This document shows positions 24,705 through 36,918 of a stretch of DNA of 64,000 nucleotides, piece by piece. The stretch covers positions 434,001 through 498,000 of the forward strand of contig NW_003314318.1 in the NCBI RefSeq assembly GCF_000143415.4, read 5' to 3'. Source of the stretch: Selaginella moellendorffii. Lineage: Eukaryota; Plantae; Lycopodiophyta. The notes below the pieces were generated by a model that was not told where the DNA came from, made no database searches, and was given only the letters and a program-made list of their open reading frames with translations. The position numbers and the translations under genes were made by a program. Positions within the stretch are counted from its first letter, which is position 1, and each line of letters begins with the position of its first letter.

Positions 24705-25074
24705 CGGGACGAGGCTTTGGAACGAGCAGAGAACACCGCCGCCACCGCCAACAACGAGAGCTTGTGCACGCCGCTTCTGCTGAGAAGGGAGGAGTCCAGG
24801 GAGTTGGAGGAGGACTTGATGGTGGCGGACAACGACGAGGAGGCTGGCTCGTCCGTGAGCGAGGACGATCCTCTGGCGTTGCTGAGGAAGTGCCAAGAGA
24901 CCGGGATCGTCTACTTGCTCGGCCACGGTGACGTGAGAGCTCGAAAGGACTCGTTTTTCCTTAAGAAGCTTGTCATCAATTACTTCTACGCGTTCCTCCG
25001 GAGGAACTGCAAGCCGAGACGCTCAACATTCCGCCCGGCCAGTTGCTGAGGATTGGGATGACTTATGTCGTATA
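24702..25074 (+). pseudogene. Duplicated KUP C-terminal fragment
   Basis: Matches 7804-8184 with a frameshifting deletion near 25013. Confidence 0.9.
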
Positions 25075-25258
25075 AGGTAAAACGTTTGATATCGCGCAGA
25101 GCTTGTATAATGTATACTAACATTGCGGTTGCGGTTCCCTCGGTTTTGAAAAGGTGGCAGAGATGCAACTCTAAATGGCTTGAAGAGTAAGTACCTTTTT
25201 GTCGAAAAAAGGGAAGTTCTCATATATATTTTACAAAGGTTGGAGGAGGAAGACAACG

Positions 25259-26469
25259 ATGGCATTGCCACAAGAGGTTGTGAAGGAGATACTGCTCAAG
25301 CTGCCCTACTCGCTCTTGGCTGCCAAGTGCGTTTGCAAGNNNNNNNNNNNNNNNNNNNNNNNNNNNNNNNNNNNNNNNNNNNNNNNNNNNNNNNNNNNNN
25401 NNNNNNNNNNNNNNNNNNNNNNNNNNNNNNNNNNNNNNNNNNNNNNNNNNNNNNNNNNNNNNNNNNNNNNNNNNNNNNNNNNNNNNNNNNNNNNNNNNNN
25501 NNNNNNNNNNNNNNNNNNNNNNNNNNNNNNNNNNNNNNNNNNNNNNNNNNNNNNNNNNNNNNNNNNNNNNNNNNNNNNNNNNNNNNNNNNNNNNNNNNNN
25601 NNNNNNNNNNNNNNNNNNNNNNNNNNNNNNNNNNNNNNNNNNNNNNNNNNNNNNNNNNNNNNNNNNNNNNNNNNNNNNNNNNNNNNNNNNNNNNNNNNNN
25701 NNNNNNNNNNNNNNNNNNNNNNNNNNNNNNNNNNNNNNNNNNNNNNNNNNNNNNNNNNNNNNNNNNNNNNNNNNNNNNNNNNNNNNNNNNNNNNNNNNNN
25801 NNNNNNNNNNNNNNNNNNNNNNNNNNNNNNNNNNNNNNNNNNNNNNNNNNNNNNNNNNNNNNNNNNTCTGGCTGCGGACCATCACCGCGTGGCGCCCATC
25901 GCATGATCTTGCCGCTGCTTTCCACGCTTCAAGAACAGCTACAGGGACAGTGCTAAGTTCTTCACGAAGGACAACTGCATCGTGGACAGCAGCGGCAAGA
26001 TCATGCGATGGGCGCCACGCGGTGATGGTCCGCAGCCAGACTGCCTGTGTGCAGTCTCGGAGGACAAGCGTTGCATGCTGACTCGCTCCGCACTCCATAG
26101 GACACTCTACCTTGGGAATCACTTGGAAATCCAAGTATCTAGTGATGGTAGTGTTGCGCGAGCTCAAGGTCCAGATTATAAGCCTCCCCTTATTGCTTTA
26201 TTAGTACTTGCCAACAAAAGCTACATGGTTAACAAGGATGCCGGGTTTGATTTGAAACTCGAAGAGTTTATGAGCGAGTATGTGATCGATTTTGGTGATT
26301 GTGGCCTGGTCAAGCTGGGTACTACCTGAATTTTCGCTCCTTCAAGATGAAGACCTACGTCTCCTACGACATGGATGCCGGGACTTGGGACAAGACACTT
26401 CAAATACAGATATCGCTTGATTGACTTATAATTTAAAACGCCATGATCCAATGCTTGGTCAATAAGTTA
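25259..26469 (+). pseudogene. F-box pseudogene copy containing the assembly gap (25340-25866) and a fold-back inverted repeat
   Basis: Matches 8397-9308 with large deletions and frameshifts; arms at 25867-25926 and 25981-26040. Confidence 0.8.
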
Positions 26470-27390
26470 AATCTAAGAGTCCCTGTGATATTTCGGTCCC
26501 ATGGCGAGAGAGAAGCAGTGAAGGAGATCTTAAAAATCGAGATAACTACTGTGCTTTTGTAACTTGATTCTTATCTTCACAGTTCATGATGGGTGTTTCC
26601 ATGGAGCACACCGTCCTGAATTCTGATCGACCCATTTGTGTTTGTTCCACCCCAGGAAGTCCTGCTGCTTGTGCGCAAAGTTCTTCAAATAGTGGCTGGT
26701 TCTTTGAGAACTTGAAGGATCCCGTTTCTTTTGTAGTTTGTCAAACTCCGAGCCTTTGTCCAGCTCCACACGGTTTGGCAATTCCGGCGATGGACACTGC
26801 CGCTGGAGATGACAGGTATCTGGCGGCTTGCCAGTTTTCGTATGAGATACACTGGCTTATCATGATCCTGATTGTAGCTCAACTCAAATTGCAACACAAA
26901 GCTACTATTGCGTCCTTCCATCGATTCGCTTCTCACACAGGGTAGTAACTCATTTCGTGAACAGGTGCTGATCGTGTTACTTCTAGTCATGATGGCTACT
27001 TCTTTTGTTTCCCACCAAGCCTCTGAAGAAAATAAAAAACTGTTTTTTCTGAATCAGCAAACTTTAGATGCTACAAACATTCAGTATATGATCTTTCTTC
27101 CTGGCTTGCACTTACACCACCAATCGGTATAGAAAGTTGTGTACGACCAGAAAAAGCTCCAGAACCACCAGCGGCCTCTGTTTCGTAAGATATCTCCGCT
27201 CACTTCTTGTCTTGATGACGTTAGAGCCACCTTCTCTCCAGCCGATGAAAATCTGCCACCAAAGTTCTATCACTCCCTACGGGGAGCATCACGGAGTGTT
27301 AAGCCACCGGCTTCAAGTTTTGATCCATGCCTGCGGCAACTTGATCCCGTCCACTGCACGTCCTGATGCATTTGCATCGAAAGCTGGAAC

Positions 27391-29424
27391 TCAGTGAGGC
27401 AGGAGCTCTCTCTTCCTCCTCCCCCACCTCCTCCTGATCACCGAGAGGAAGTAGAGAACGACGAGGAACAGCAGCGCAACCAGCAGCCCGGCAAGGATTG
27501 GAAGAAGCAGCGGGGTTGCTGCCACAGCCGTCGCTTGCAAGTTGAGATCATTGGAGGAAGCCAGCTGAAGATACGCATTGCTGCTGCTGCCGCCACCTTC
27601 ACCTTCCAATAGCGAGTTCAGGAAGGCATCACTGCTGCTAATGCCTTCTCCTTCAAATAATTCGATGAAATCACTGGCACTGCCGCTGCTGCTGCCCACC
27701 CCGACGTCATCCACTAAACTCTGAGAGCTCGATATTGAAGTCTCTTTGGCTTCTTGAAACGTTTCGGTGTTGATCCTCTTGGCCTTCCCACCATCCTCGC
27801 CCAAGCTTCGAGGGAACCACCGCCACATAAAAGGTGGTGGCGATGCTGGTGGTGGTGAAGCATTGCTACTGGCCTCCTTAGTGTCACCAGTGCCGCCAGC
27901 CAGTAACTTCTGAGATGGAAATCCTGTGGCTGCATGGGACTTTAGCACCTGTTCAAATTCAATCTTAGTACGAATATATCTGATTCCTGTCAGCAGAGGC
28001 ATACCTTGTCAGATGACTCCTCGGCCATTGCTGCTGCAAGTTCTTCACTGTTCTTGTATGGAAGCCTCCTGTGCATTCCCACGCCATTGCCTCGCAAGCT
28101 CCGCCAAAAGACTGAAGCTGGTGTCGATGAAACATCAGCTTGCCTCAACAACTTTCGAGATCCTGCTGCCGCATGAGACTTTAGCACCTGTTCAGTGTAG
28201 ATCTTAGTACGAATACATATCTGATTCCTGTCAACAGAGACATACCTTGTAGGATGACTCCTCGTCCATTGCTGCCATAAGTTCTTGTCCTTCACTATTC
28301 TTGTCTGGAGGCCTCCTGTGCTTTCTCATGCTGCTGGTGCCATCGCCTCTCAACCTCTGCCAAACGACTGAGGCTGGTGGTGATGAAACACCGCCTTGTT
28401 CTTCCCCATCTTGTTGAGCGCTCAGTGGAGCTACGAAGCGATCCACCCAGCGGAACAGAGAAGGTCCATTCTCGTTGGAGACGAAGATAGGAGGACCTGG
28501 CGGTACTTCCAGAAGCATCCGTCGGGAACTGGTAACTGGGACTCGATGCCACCCCAGGAAGTTTTTGAGTTCTTCCCATAATTCCTGGGACGTCACCTCG
28601 TCCTCCTCCAAGCCCGCGTTCAAAAGCCTACTCCACATTTCTTCCTTTATCGACTGAAGACTGGTCGGTAGCTTCCAAGTCCACTCTCCAGCTAGCTTCT
28701 TAAGTTCCTCCACCTCCATATGCAAATCGGCTCTGGACGGTAGCTGCACCGACGGGAATGTCCAGGTCCGAAAGAAGCTCTGGATATCCTCCCAGCTCAG
28801 GTTGTCGTCGTCGTCGTCGATTGCAAGCGTCTTGCCACTGAGAGAAGTATACCGAACTGAATCCTCAGAGCCAGCCATGACCGCCTCTAGCTGCAAGAAA
28901 AGGTTGGTGCGGTTCCAGGCAAACCATTTAAGCTCTCGAGTTACCTCTTGCGAATCATGGTTGTCATCCTCGAGTACAGGTAATGGTGGTGGATCGTACT
29001 CGGGAACACTTGATGCTGCTGCGTGACTAACTGCCTCGAGTTGCGAGGGTGGTGCTGGCGAGGACGAATCCTCCAGCTCGATTGGAGCAACCGGCTGCAA
29101 GAGAAGATTAGCTACATCTGGAGTTACCTCTTGCAAGTCATGCTCGTCATCCTCCTCGAGTACAGGTGCATCATACCCGGGAACACTTGATGCTGGGTCA
29201 CTGCTGGCGATCACTGCCTCGAGCTGCGAGGGCAGTGCTGGGAAATCCTCCGCTTCCTTGTCCGCTGTTGCTGCAGGAGTCTGCCCGCACGCGAAAAATG
29301 TCAAGGAACAAGAAAAAATGACAGAAACGAGCGAGCTGTACACCTCAAGGAGGAGGATCTTCAATCCGCTTGCCTGTGCTGGAGCGCGTCGCAACCAGGA
29401 GAACGCCAATGCTAGAGCTTCCAT
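27391..29424 (-). CDS. Orphan single-pass membrane protein, copy 2
   Basis: Same 4-exon structure as copy 1; the indels seen are in frame. Confidence 0.7.
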
Positions 29425-29856
29425 CGCCGCCAATATAATAGGGCAGGGTTACTATGGAAAGTATCGATTTAGAAGATCGTGAGAGACAAGGAATATATGT
29501 AAAGAGATTTGCTTGGATCTTGCGAATCTGAGGATCATCGGCGGTACTACTAATCTTAAGAAAACCTCATTTCTTGTTTCGTCCAAGGTAGAGAAGAACC
29601 GCAAAAATCACTACGGACAAGATGTATGCCTCAAATTTTTCCAAAAGTGGACGAATGTAAGTTTCGCTTTTCCTTGCCTTTCCATGGATGAGACTTTGGT
29701 ATACGTCGCCATTTGCACTTAGGACCCACCCAATTTCCATCGTAGATCGATCTTTGAAACGTAGAATCACGACGAGAAGAGAAGAAGGGATTTACGATCG
29801 TTACTTCATTCATTTTCGGTTTTATACAAACCATCTCCACCTTTGGAGGAGTTCCC

Positions 29857-30946
29857 TCGTTTTCCTGATGAAACTACGCCTTATGCTTTGCCCAGGCATT
29901 GCTGTAGTTGCCACATTACTTTGGTCACGCTTATCATGTTAATCACTCGGTAAGTTTTCCTTCTTTTTGGAACCATCGAGCTGGCGTATACTTGTCATCG
30001 GTTCTGTTCACGGAAGGAAGAGTTCGTCATATGCATATTCACGAAGAAGAACCACAAGTACGAAGTGAGGCGCGGGGTGGCCGGCCTGGGACTGGTGTAC
30101 AACGAGCTCGTCCACATGTCCCTGTACCCATATCTCACGTACATGTATGTGGTAGCTCTTGGGGCCCCTTCCTCGCGGGGAACTGTTGCGACTGGCACGT
30201 ATCTGATGCAGAAGAACACCGGGAGGTAAGTGTTAGACCTCTGGAAAATCCCCACGGCGTGGCTATTCGAGCAGCTGCTGGTGGAGTTCCTGGAGAACTT
30301 TATCCGCCGTGAGGAGGTTTTGGAACGAGCAGAGAACGCCGCCGCCGCCAACAACGAGGCAGCTTCTGCTGAGGAGGGAGTTCGAGGAGGACTTGATGGT
30401 GGCGGACAACGACGAGCTAGGAGCTGGCTCGTCCGTGAGCGAGGACGATTCTCTAGGAAGTATCGAGAGACGGGGATCGCCTACATGCTCGGCCACGGCG
30501 ACGTGCGAGCTCGGAACTCGTTCTTCCTCAAGGAAGTGCAAGCATTCCGCCCGGCCATGTACTCCAGCTTGAAGAGCGGACAGTGGTAAGTTCTTTGCGG
30601 AGGACAACTAGATCGAGGACAGCTCATGCGATGGTGGCGCCGCACGGTGATTGTCCGCAGCCAGACCGCCTGTGAGTAGTCTCGGAGGACAAGCGTTGAT
30701 ATATTCCAGACATGAGAGGAGGCTCTACGTTTGGAATCCTTTTCTCGGGGAGAGTGGGCTGATTACGCCTTGCCCAACAATGCCAATCTTGTAGCTTGGA
30801 AATTCAAGCTCTATATAGTGAAGATACAGTTTACAATTTTATGGTTGATCCATACCTTTACTTTGACTGAAAACAAGCTGCATGAAGGTCTCATGACCAT
30901 TAGTCTCGTGGCCAGGCTTCCCAAGCATGTCATGAAAGTGATATAG
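29857..30946 (+). pseudogene. KUP 3' half plus F-box remnant, copy 2; contains the empty Copia target site
   Basis: Homologous to 12746-13639 plus 22581 onward; inversion at about 30113-30253. Confidence 0.85.
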
Positions 30947-31073
30947 TTTCCTGAGCTGCAAGAACGGTAAACTATGCATTTGATTTTGTGATGCAGTAAA
31001 GAAAAATGGCACGCGTTCCATATTCACAGTTTACGATTATTTCCAAAAAGAATCAGTCACGGTTTCACCGTGT

Positions 31074-32263
31074 TTAATGGGTGTTTACCATGGAGCACAC
31101 CCTCCTGATTTCCCCATTGTGCTTGTTCTTCCACCCAATGTATCCCATCTTCACCATCGAGGCCGCAAACTGCGACAAAAAATCGTGCTGCTTGTGCGCA
31201 AAGTTCTTGACGTAGTGACTTGTTCTCGAGTCCTCGTTGAGAACTTGATCCGACGTGAGGACCCCGTTTCTCCTGGCCAAGTTCTTGTAGTAGCTGTTGT
31301 CGAACACAAACTCCGAGCCTTTGTCCAGCTCCACACGGTTTGGCGACCCCGGTGCTGGGCACTGCCTCCGGAGATGCGAGAGGTATCTGGGATTGATGGT
31401 CGGGTCCGGCTTGCCAGTTTTCGTAAAGTTGTCCAAACGATTGCTGAATGTGGCGCAGCCGGCGGTACCAAGAGTGTGACCACCTGTGGTTTGCAAGGGA
31501 GTAGCGTTAATGCCTACTTACAAACTGGAGGGAAAGAGATGGAAGTTGAAATCGATTCGTACCTGAGAGAACGACGAGGTCCTGGACTGACAAGCCGCGC
31601 TCCTTGAAGTTTTGAATGAGAGCCGACGCATCGCCAAACGGGGATGGTAAGGTGTTGCCACGTTCCTGGCTGGAAACTCTTCCGTCGTAGCGTCCGGTTG
31701 GGACTTGGTAATACTTTCCTCCAAGCTGCAGTGACAACGTCTTAGGACTTGATTCAGCGTTTCTAAAAAGATGCTAAGCTTACCATGACGGTCGAGTCTC
31801 TGGCAGCTATGGCCAGAGTGTCGGCACAGGAGACAACTCCAGGACAAGCTGCTTCCAACCTCTGCTTTGCTTCCTCAATCATCTCGAAGCCCCTGGCGGA
31901 CATGAAGTTTGGAAGGGACAATTTTTCCACTTTAGTTCCGTCGGTGGGAGTTGAGTCGAGAAGAATCGATCCATCACAGCCCTGGAGACCAGCAAAGTTA
32001 GAAAACCAGAATTTAAATCTTGTAAAGCTACTCACGTCGACGAAACAGTCGTGGAAGTGCAAGCGAAGAACTCCTGCTGGTATCGTCCTGTCCCAACCGG
32101 CGTGCTTGCTTAGAGTGTCCCTTATGATCCTCTCGGCCTGAGGACAAGATCTCGAGTAGCTGTGGTAGCCATGCTTGCGTCCTCCACTCTCACCGTGAGC
32201 CAAGACACCCAAGCTCAGTGACAGCAGCAGGAAAACCAAAACGCTCCCTCTCCAAGTTTCCAT
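31074..32263 (-). CDS. Class III secretory peroxidase, copy 2
   Basis: Near-identical to copy 1; motifs and splice sites intact. Confidence 0.95.
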
Positions 32264-32631
32264 CCTCGCTCTAAACTTCTTCAATCACTTGGCACTTCTT
32301 CTTCCTCCTCGAATTCTCTTGGCAGTGATCGATGATCCGAAGATGAGCGTCGTTCCTTGATGAAATGAGCCACTGATACAAGGCTCTTATAGTCCAAGTT
32401 ACTCGTAACTTAGTCGTCATAAACCGTGTCTGCTGCCTCTGATGACTGTTTCCAGGCTTAAAAAACCCATTGACAAGGTCCAAATCCAGGGAAGCTTGCG
32501 CTCATAGATTTGACGAAGTCCAAGCTCTGCACGAGAAATAGGAAAATCCAGCCAACTAAAGTACGAAAGAAAGGTTCCGAAAGGACGTACTTCTGTAGGC
32601 CGCGTTTTCTATTGCATTTCCAAGCTTTGAC

Positions 32632-33279
32632 TTAGTTCTGTTTGTTATGTTTTTGCTTTTGCTTTTTCTTCTTCTTCTTCATGATGTTCTTGCCCTTCTT
32701 ATTCTTCTTGTTTTTCTTCTTTTTGTCTATGACAGGAGCAGCAACGGACAGCGACGAGCTCGGCCCCGCTGTTCTCTTCATCGATTCCTGGAGTGAGCCA
32801 TCGCAAAGATTTTGGACCAGAAAACACTTTTAAACGATCCATGTCTGTACCTCCTCAGAGTCCGAAAAAGAAGCAACGTGACGGATCTTCAATCCGGTGG
32901 AATGCTTCCCTGGAAACAACACACAAGAAAACGAAGAACATCGTAAGACAATACATATATTTGCTTTAAGCTTACCTGGATTAACAGCGGCTTTAGCATT
33001 GAGCACTGCCCTCTCCACGATATCTGGATCCAGCGAGCTGAGACTACCAGGCTCCTTGAGCTTCCTCTCCAGGAACTTAGCCAATGCCGCAGCTTTGTTG
33101 GTGGTGAGCGCTCCCCCTGGATGAGCCAGCCTTGAATGTCGTCAAAAACACCTGCGATTTCCCTGTGGATTGCACGCATACCTAGGCTGCGCATTTCCCG
33201 ATCGATCAGGATCCTGCCGCAGCGGCGCAAATTTGCTGCCGCGCAGCGCCCGCCGCTCTGCCTCCGTGAGCTCCTCCAT
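32632..33279 (-). CDS. Small uncharacterised plant protein with a Lys-rich C-terminus; exons 33279-33182, 33130-32976, 32909-32851, 32787-32632
   Basis: Spliced MEELTEAERRALRGSKFAPL...PRLAHPGGALTTNKAAALAKFLERKL...IRHVASFSDSEE...KKKKNKKNKK; GT-AG introns in consistent phase; missed by the ORF track; last exon least certain. Confidence 0.78.
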
Positions 33280-33965
33280 TTACCCTAAGATTTCGAACTT
33301 TAGGGTTCTTAACAAATCAGGGACAGCATATCCGCAAAGCATCTTTTAAAATTTAAAAACCATCCTTGATTCCCGTTGTGGAAGATGGTCCACGCAAAGC
33401 ACGCCGTAGCACGGTAGTTTTTTAATCCCGTTGGATTCTTACCGCGGTTTAATCACCCACCTAACAGACAGTATATTTCCATTACCACCAACAACACCGT
33501 GTCCTATATTCCATTGGTCACGGGCTATGGACCACAGTACGGCCGCGAATCTCTTTACAATCTCGATAACAGAATAAACGATCCTACCGGTATATGCTGT
33601 CTCCACTGACGGCAGTGGCAGCCTTCGCTGGAGTTTTCTCGCTTCCTTCCTTTCGCAAAGCCTAGCTAGAGCGCGATAGAAGTGATAGAAGTGATAGGAG
33701 AGAGAGAGAGATCGAATGAGAAAGAGAGAGGGGAGAGCGTTTGCGTGAGTGAGAGGGACGAGAAAGAGATGGACAAGAAGAACAGGGATGATGTGTCGTC
33801 AGGAATCTTGTGCGCGGGCGTTCAATGCAGATTTTCCGTCGCCGATCGCCGCCGCGGCGGCTAGGCGCTGCCGCCGATGCTGCATTCTAGGAGCTGGCGA
33901 GGTTTTGCTGCGATCCGCGGGGAGCATTTGGTTCTAGAGGCGAGCGCGGCCGAAATTTCGTGGCG

Positions 33966-36918
33966 ATGGATCCCGAGGTGTCGTCTGTCGGAGGCAACAG
34001 CTTCATCGACCTCAATCCTAAGGTATGGATGGATCTTTGCTGCGATTTCGGGGCTGCCGCGGCGCCGAGAATCCCCAATTTCGATCCGGACTAACCGATG
34101 GATGGTTTGTTTCTTGTTCTTGGCAGAGCTACCGGAGGAAATCCCTCAAGGCGGTGCTGCTCTTGGCGTACCAGAGCTTTGGTGTGGTCTATGGAGATTT
34201 GAGCACCTCTCCTCTCTATGTGTACCGGAGCACATTTTCGGGAAAGCTCCAGCTCCACGAGGACGACACGGAGGTTTTGGGGGTTCTCTCGTTCATCCTT
34301 TACACCCTGACACTCATTCCTTTACTCAAGTATGTTCTCATCGTACTCCGTGCTGATGACAACGGCGAAGGTGGGTGGTGGTGGTGGTGGGTTTTTTTGA
34401 TTCGTAGCAAGGTTGGAGAGGAAAATCTCGAGAGATAGATAGACTTTTAGGAGAAGTTTTCTAGTTTTTCCGGATCACTCTCACTGGTTTTGGTGTTTTG
34501 TCCTTCTGTTGCAGGTGGAACATTCGCGTTATATTCACTGCTGTGCAGGCACGCAAAGTTAAGCCTCTTGCCAAATCAACAGGCGGTTGACGAGGAGCTA
34601 TCGACTTACAAGCTCCAGAACGTCAGGGAGAGCTATCGTGGGGCAAGGATGAAAGGGCTCCTGGAAAGGCACAAGAGCCTCCGCATTGCTTTGCTGCTAG
34701 TGGTTTTGCTGGGGACGTGCATGGTGATTGGTGACGGGGTTTTAACTCCCGCCATCTCGGGTAATAAGCTTTGCTTTTCCTCTTTTTTTTCAATGCTGTC
34801 TGTAACTAATGGACGGCTTTCAGTTCTATCTTCTGTTTATGGCATCAAAGTGGCTGTCGATGACCTCAACAAGCGTAAGGCCAACCTTATGCTTTTCTTG
34901 TCAGTGAGACTTATGCTGTCCATTTTCTTGTTGGCTCGCAGACGTAGTAGAACTGATCGCCTGCCTCATTTTGGTGGGGCTTTTCGCGCTGCAGCACCAT
35001 GGCACGCACAAGGTGGCATTTATGTTCGCTCCCATAGTGCTGGCCTGGCTATTCAGCATCGGCGCCATTGGAATTTACAACATCGCTCGCTGGAACCCTC
35101 ACGTCGTCCGAGCTTTATCCCCTTACTATATGTACAAGTATTTCAAGAGAACCGGATTCGATGGCTGGATATCTATGGGAGGAGTGCTGCTTTGCATCAC
35201 AGGTTTGCTCAATTATACGATATACAACGCTCGTCCGCGGACTGAAGCACTCTACTTTTGCAGGCACAGAGGCCATGTTTGCAGACTTGGGACACTTTTC
35301 TGAGCTGTCTATCCAGGTGAGAGCTGTGATTCCCCGAGCTGAGATCACTGTGTGTATTTGTGTTTGCAGATTGCTTTTGGCTGTGTCGTTTATCCTTGCC
35401 TGGTTTGTGCTTATATGGGCCAAGCCGCCTATTTGTCTCGTAATCACAGCGACATTGAGGGCAGCTTCTACAAGTCGATCCCAAGTATGTCATTGTCCCA
35501 CTGTTGTTATTGAATACTTATGTGTTGCTGTCACAGAGCCTGTTTACTGGCCAGTTGTCGTCATAGCAACACTTGCGTCAGTGGTGGGGAGCCAGGCAGT
35601 GATCTCAGCAACCTTCTCAATCATCAAACAGTGCATGTCCTTGGGCTGTTTTCCAAGGGTGAAAGTCGTCCACACATCAAAAGACATATATGGACAGATC
35701 TACATTCCCGAGGTTAATTGGATACTGCTCATCCTCTGCCTGGCAGTCACTCTGGGCTTTAGAAGCACAATTTTCATCGGCCACGCTTATGGTACGTTTG
35801 TATGAAAACTTCGTGTTTGTGTTGAAGACTTATCCTCGCAAATGTGTCATCATCGCACAGGACTTGCTGTCATCACGGTCATGTTTGTGACGACGTTCCT
35901 CATGTCACTGGTGATTGTGATCGTATGGAAGCGGAGCATCATCCTTGCCATCATCTTTTTCATGTTCTTCGGCACGATCGAGCTCATGTACGTCTCATCC
36001 GCGATGCTCAAAGTACACGAAGGCGGCTGGGTGCCGCTGGCGTTATCCGTGTTCTTCGTCGCGGTCATGTACACTTGGCACTACGGCACGGCGAAAAAGT
36101 ATGACTTTGATCTCCAGAACAAGGTCTCTATGAAGTGGCTGCTCACTCTTGGGCCGAGCCTCGGCATCGTCCGTGTCCCTGGGATCGGGCTCATCTACTC
36201 GGAGCTCGTCACTGGCGTCCCCGCGATCTTCTCCCACTTCGTCACCAATCTTCCGGCCTTCCACCAGGTGCTCATCTTCGTGTGCATCAAATCGGTCCCA
36301 GTTCCCTACGTCCGGCCAGAGGAGAGGTATCTCATCGGCCGCATCGGTCCCAAGGAGTACAGGATGTTCCGGTGCATCGTGCGCTATGGCTACAAGGACG
36401 TCCACAAGGACGACAACGATTTCGAGAACCAGCTTATCTTCAACGTTGGCGAGTTCATCCAAACCGAGGCGTCGAGCACTTGGGCCCCGTCGAGCAGCGA
36501 CCACTCGTCCGTTGACGGGAGGATGACGATGATGGGATTGCCGCTCCAGTCCAGCATCAAGATGGTAACCTCGGGGCTGGAAGACAGTGACAAGCAGTCG
36601 ATCAGATCTCTGTCCCTGGGCACGCCAGAGATCGAAGCCTTGCAACCAAGGAGGGTGAGGTTCGAGCTGCCGAGGAGCCCGGAGCTGGATCCAGACATCC
36701 GGGCGGAGCTGACGGAGCTGTTTGATGCCAAGAACTCGGGGGTGGCGTACATGCTGGGGCACTCGTATGTCAAGGCCAAGCGTTCCTCGTCCTTCATGAA
36801 GAAGTTCGTTATCGACGTTTGCTACAACTTTTTGAGAAAGAACTGCCGGGGACCGGCTGTAGCACTCGACATTCCTCACATTTGCCTCATCGAGGTGGGA
36901 ATGATTTACTACGTCTGA
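33966..36918 (+). CDS. KUP/HAK/KT potassium transporter (second paralog, divergent from the first)
   Basis: [66 protein letters not shown]-terminal IEVGMIYYV. Confidence 0.95.

Larger units (their letters stand above)
24705..32965 (+). repeat. Second unit of a ~8.3 kb tandem segmental duplication (first unit 7807-24704, which includes the Copia insertion)
   Basis: Collinear high identity through the KUP 3' end, F-box, orphan gene, remnants and peroxidase; junction ...CATTT-GCT-CGGGACGAGG. Confidence 0.93.

Noticed and set aside
25180-26167. ORFs of 200-315 aa spanning X residues
   Set aside because: Artefacts of the 527-N gap
36043-36879. 278-aa antisense ORF in KUP (and similar ones in the patatin and peroxidase genes)
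   Set aside because: Shadow ORFs of GC3-rich coding strands
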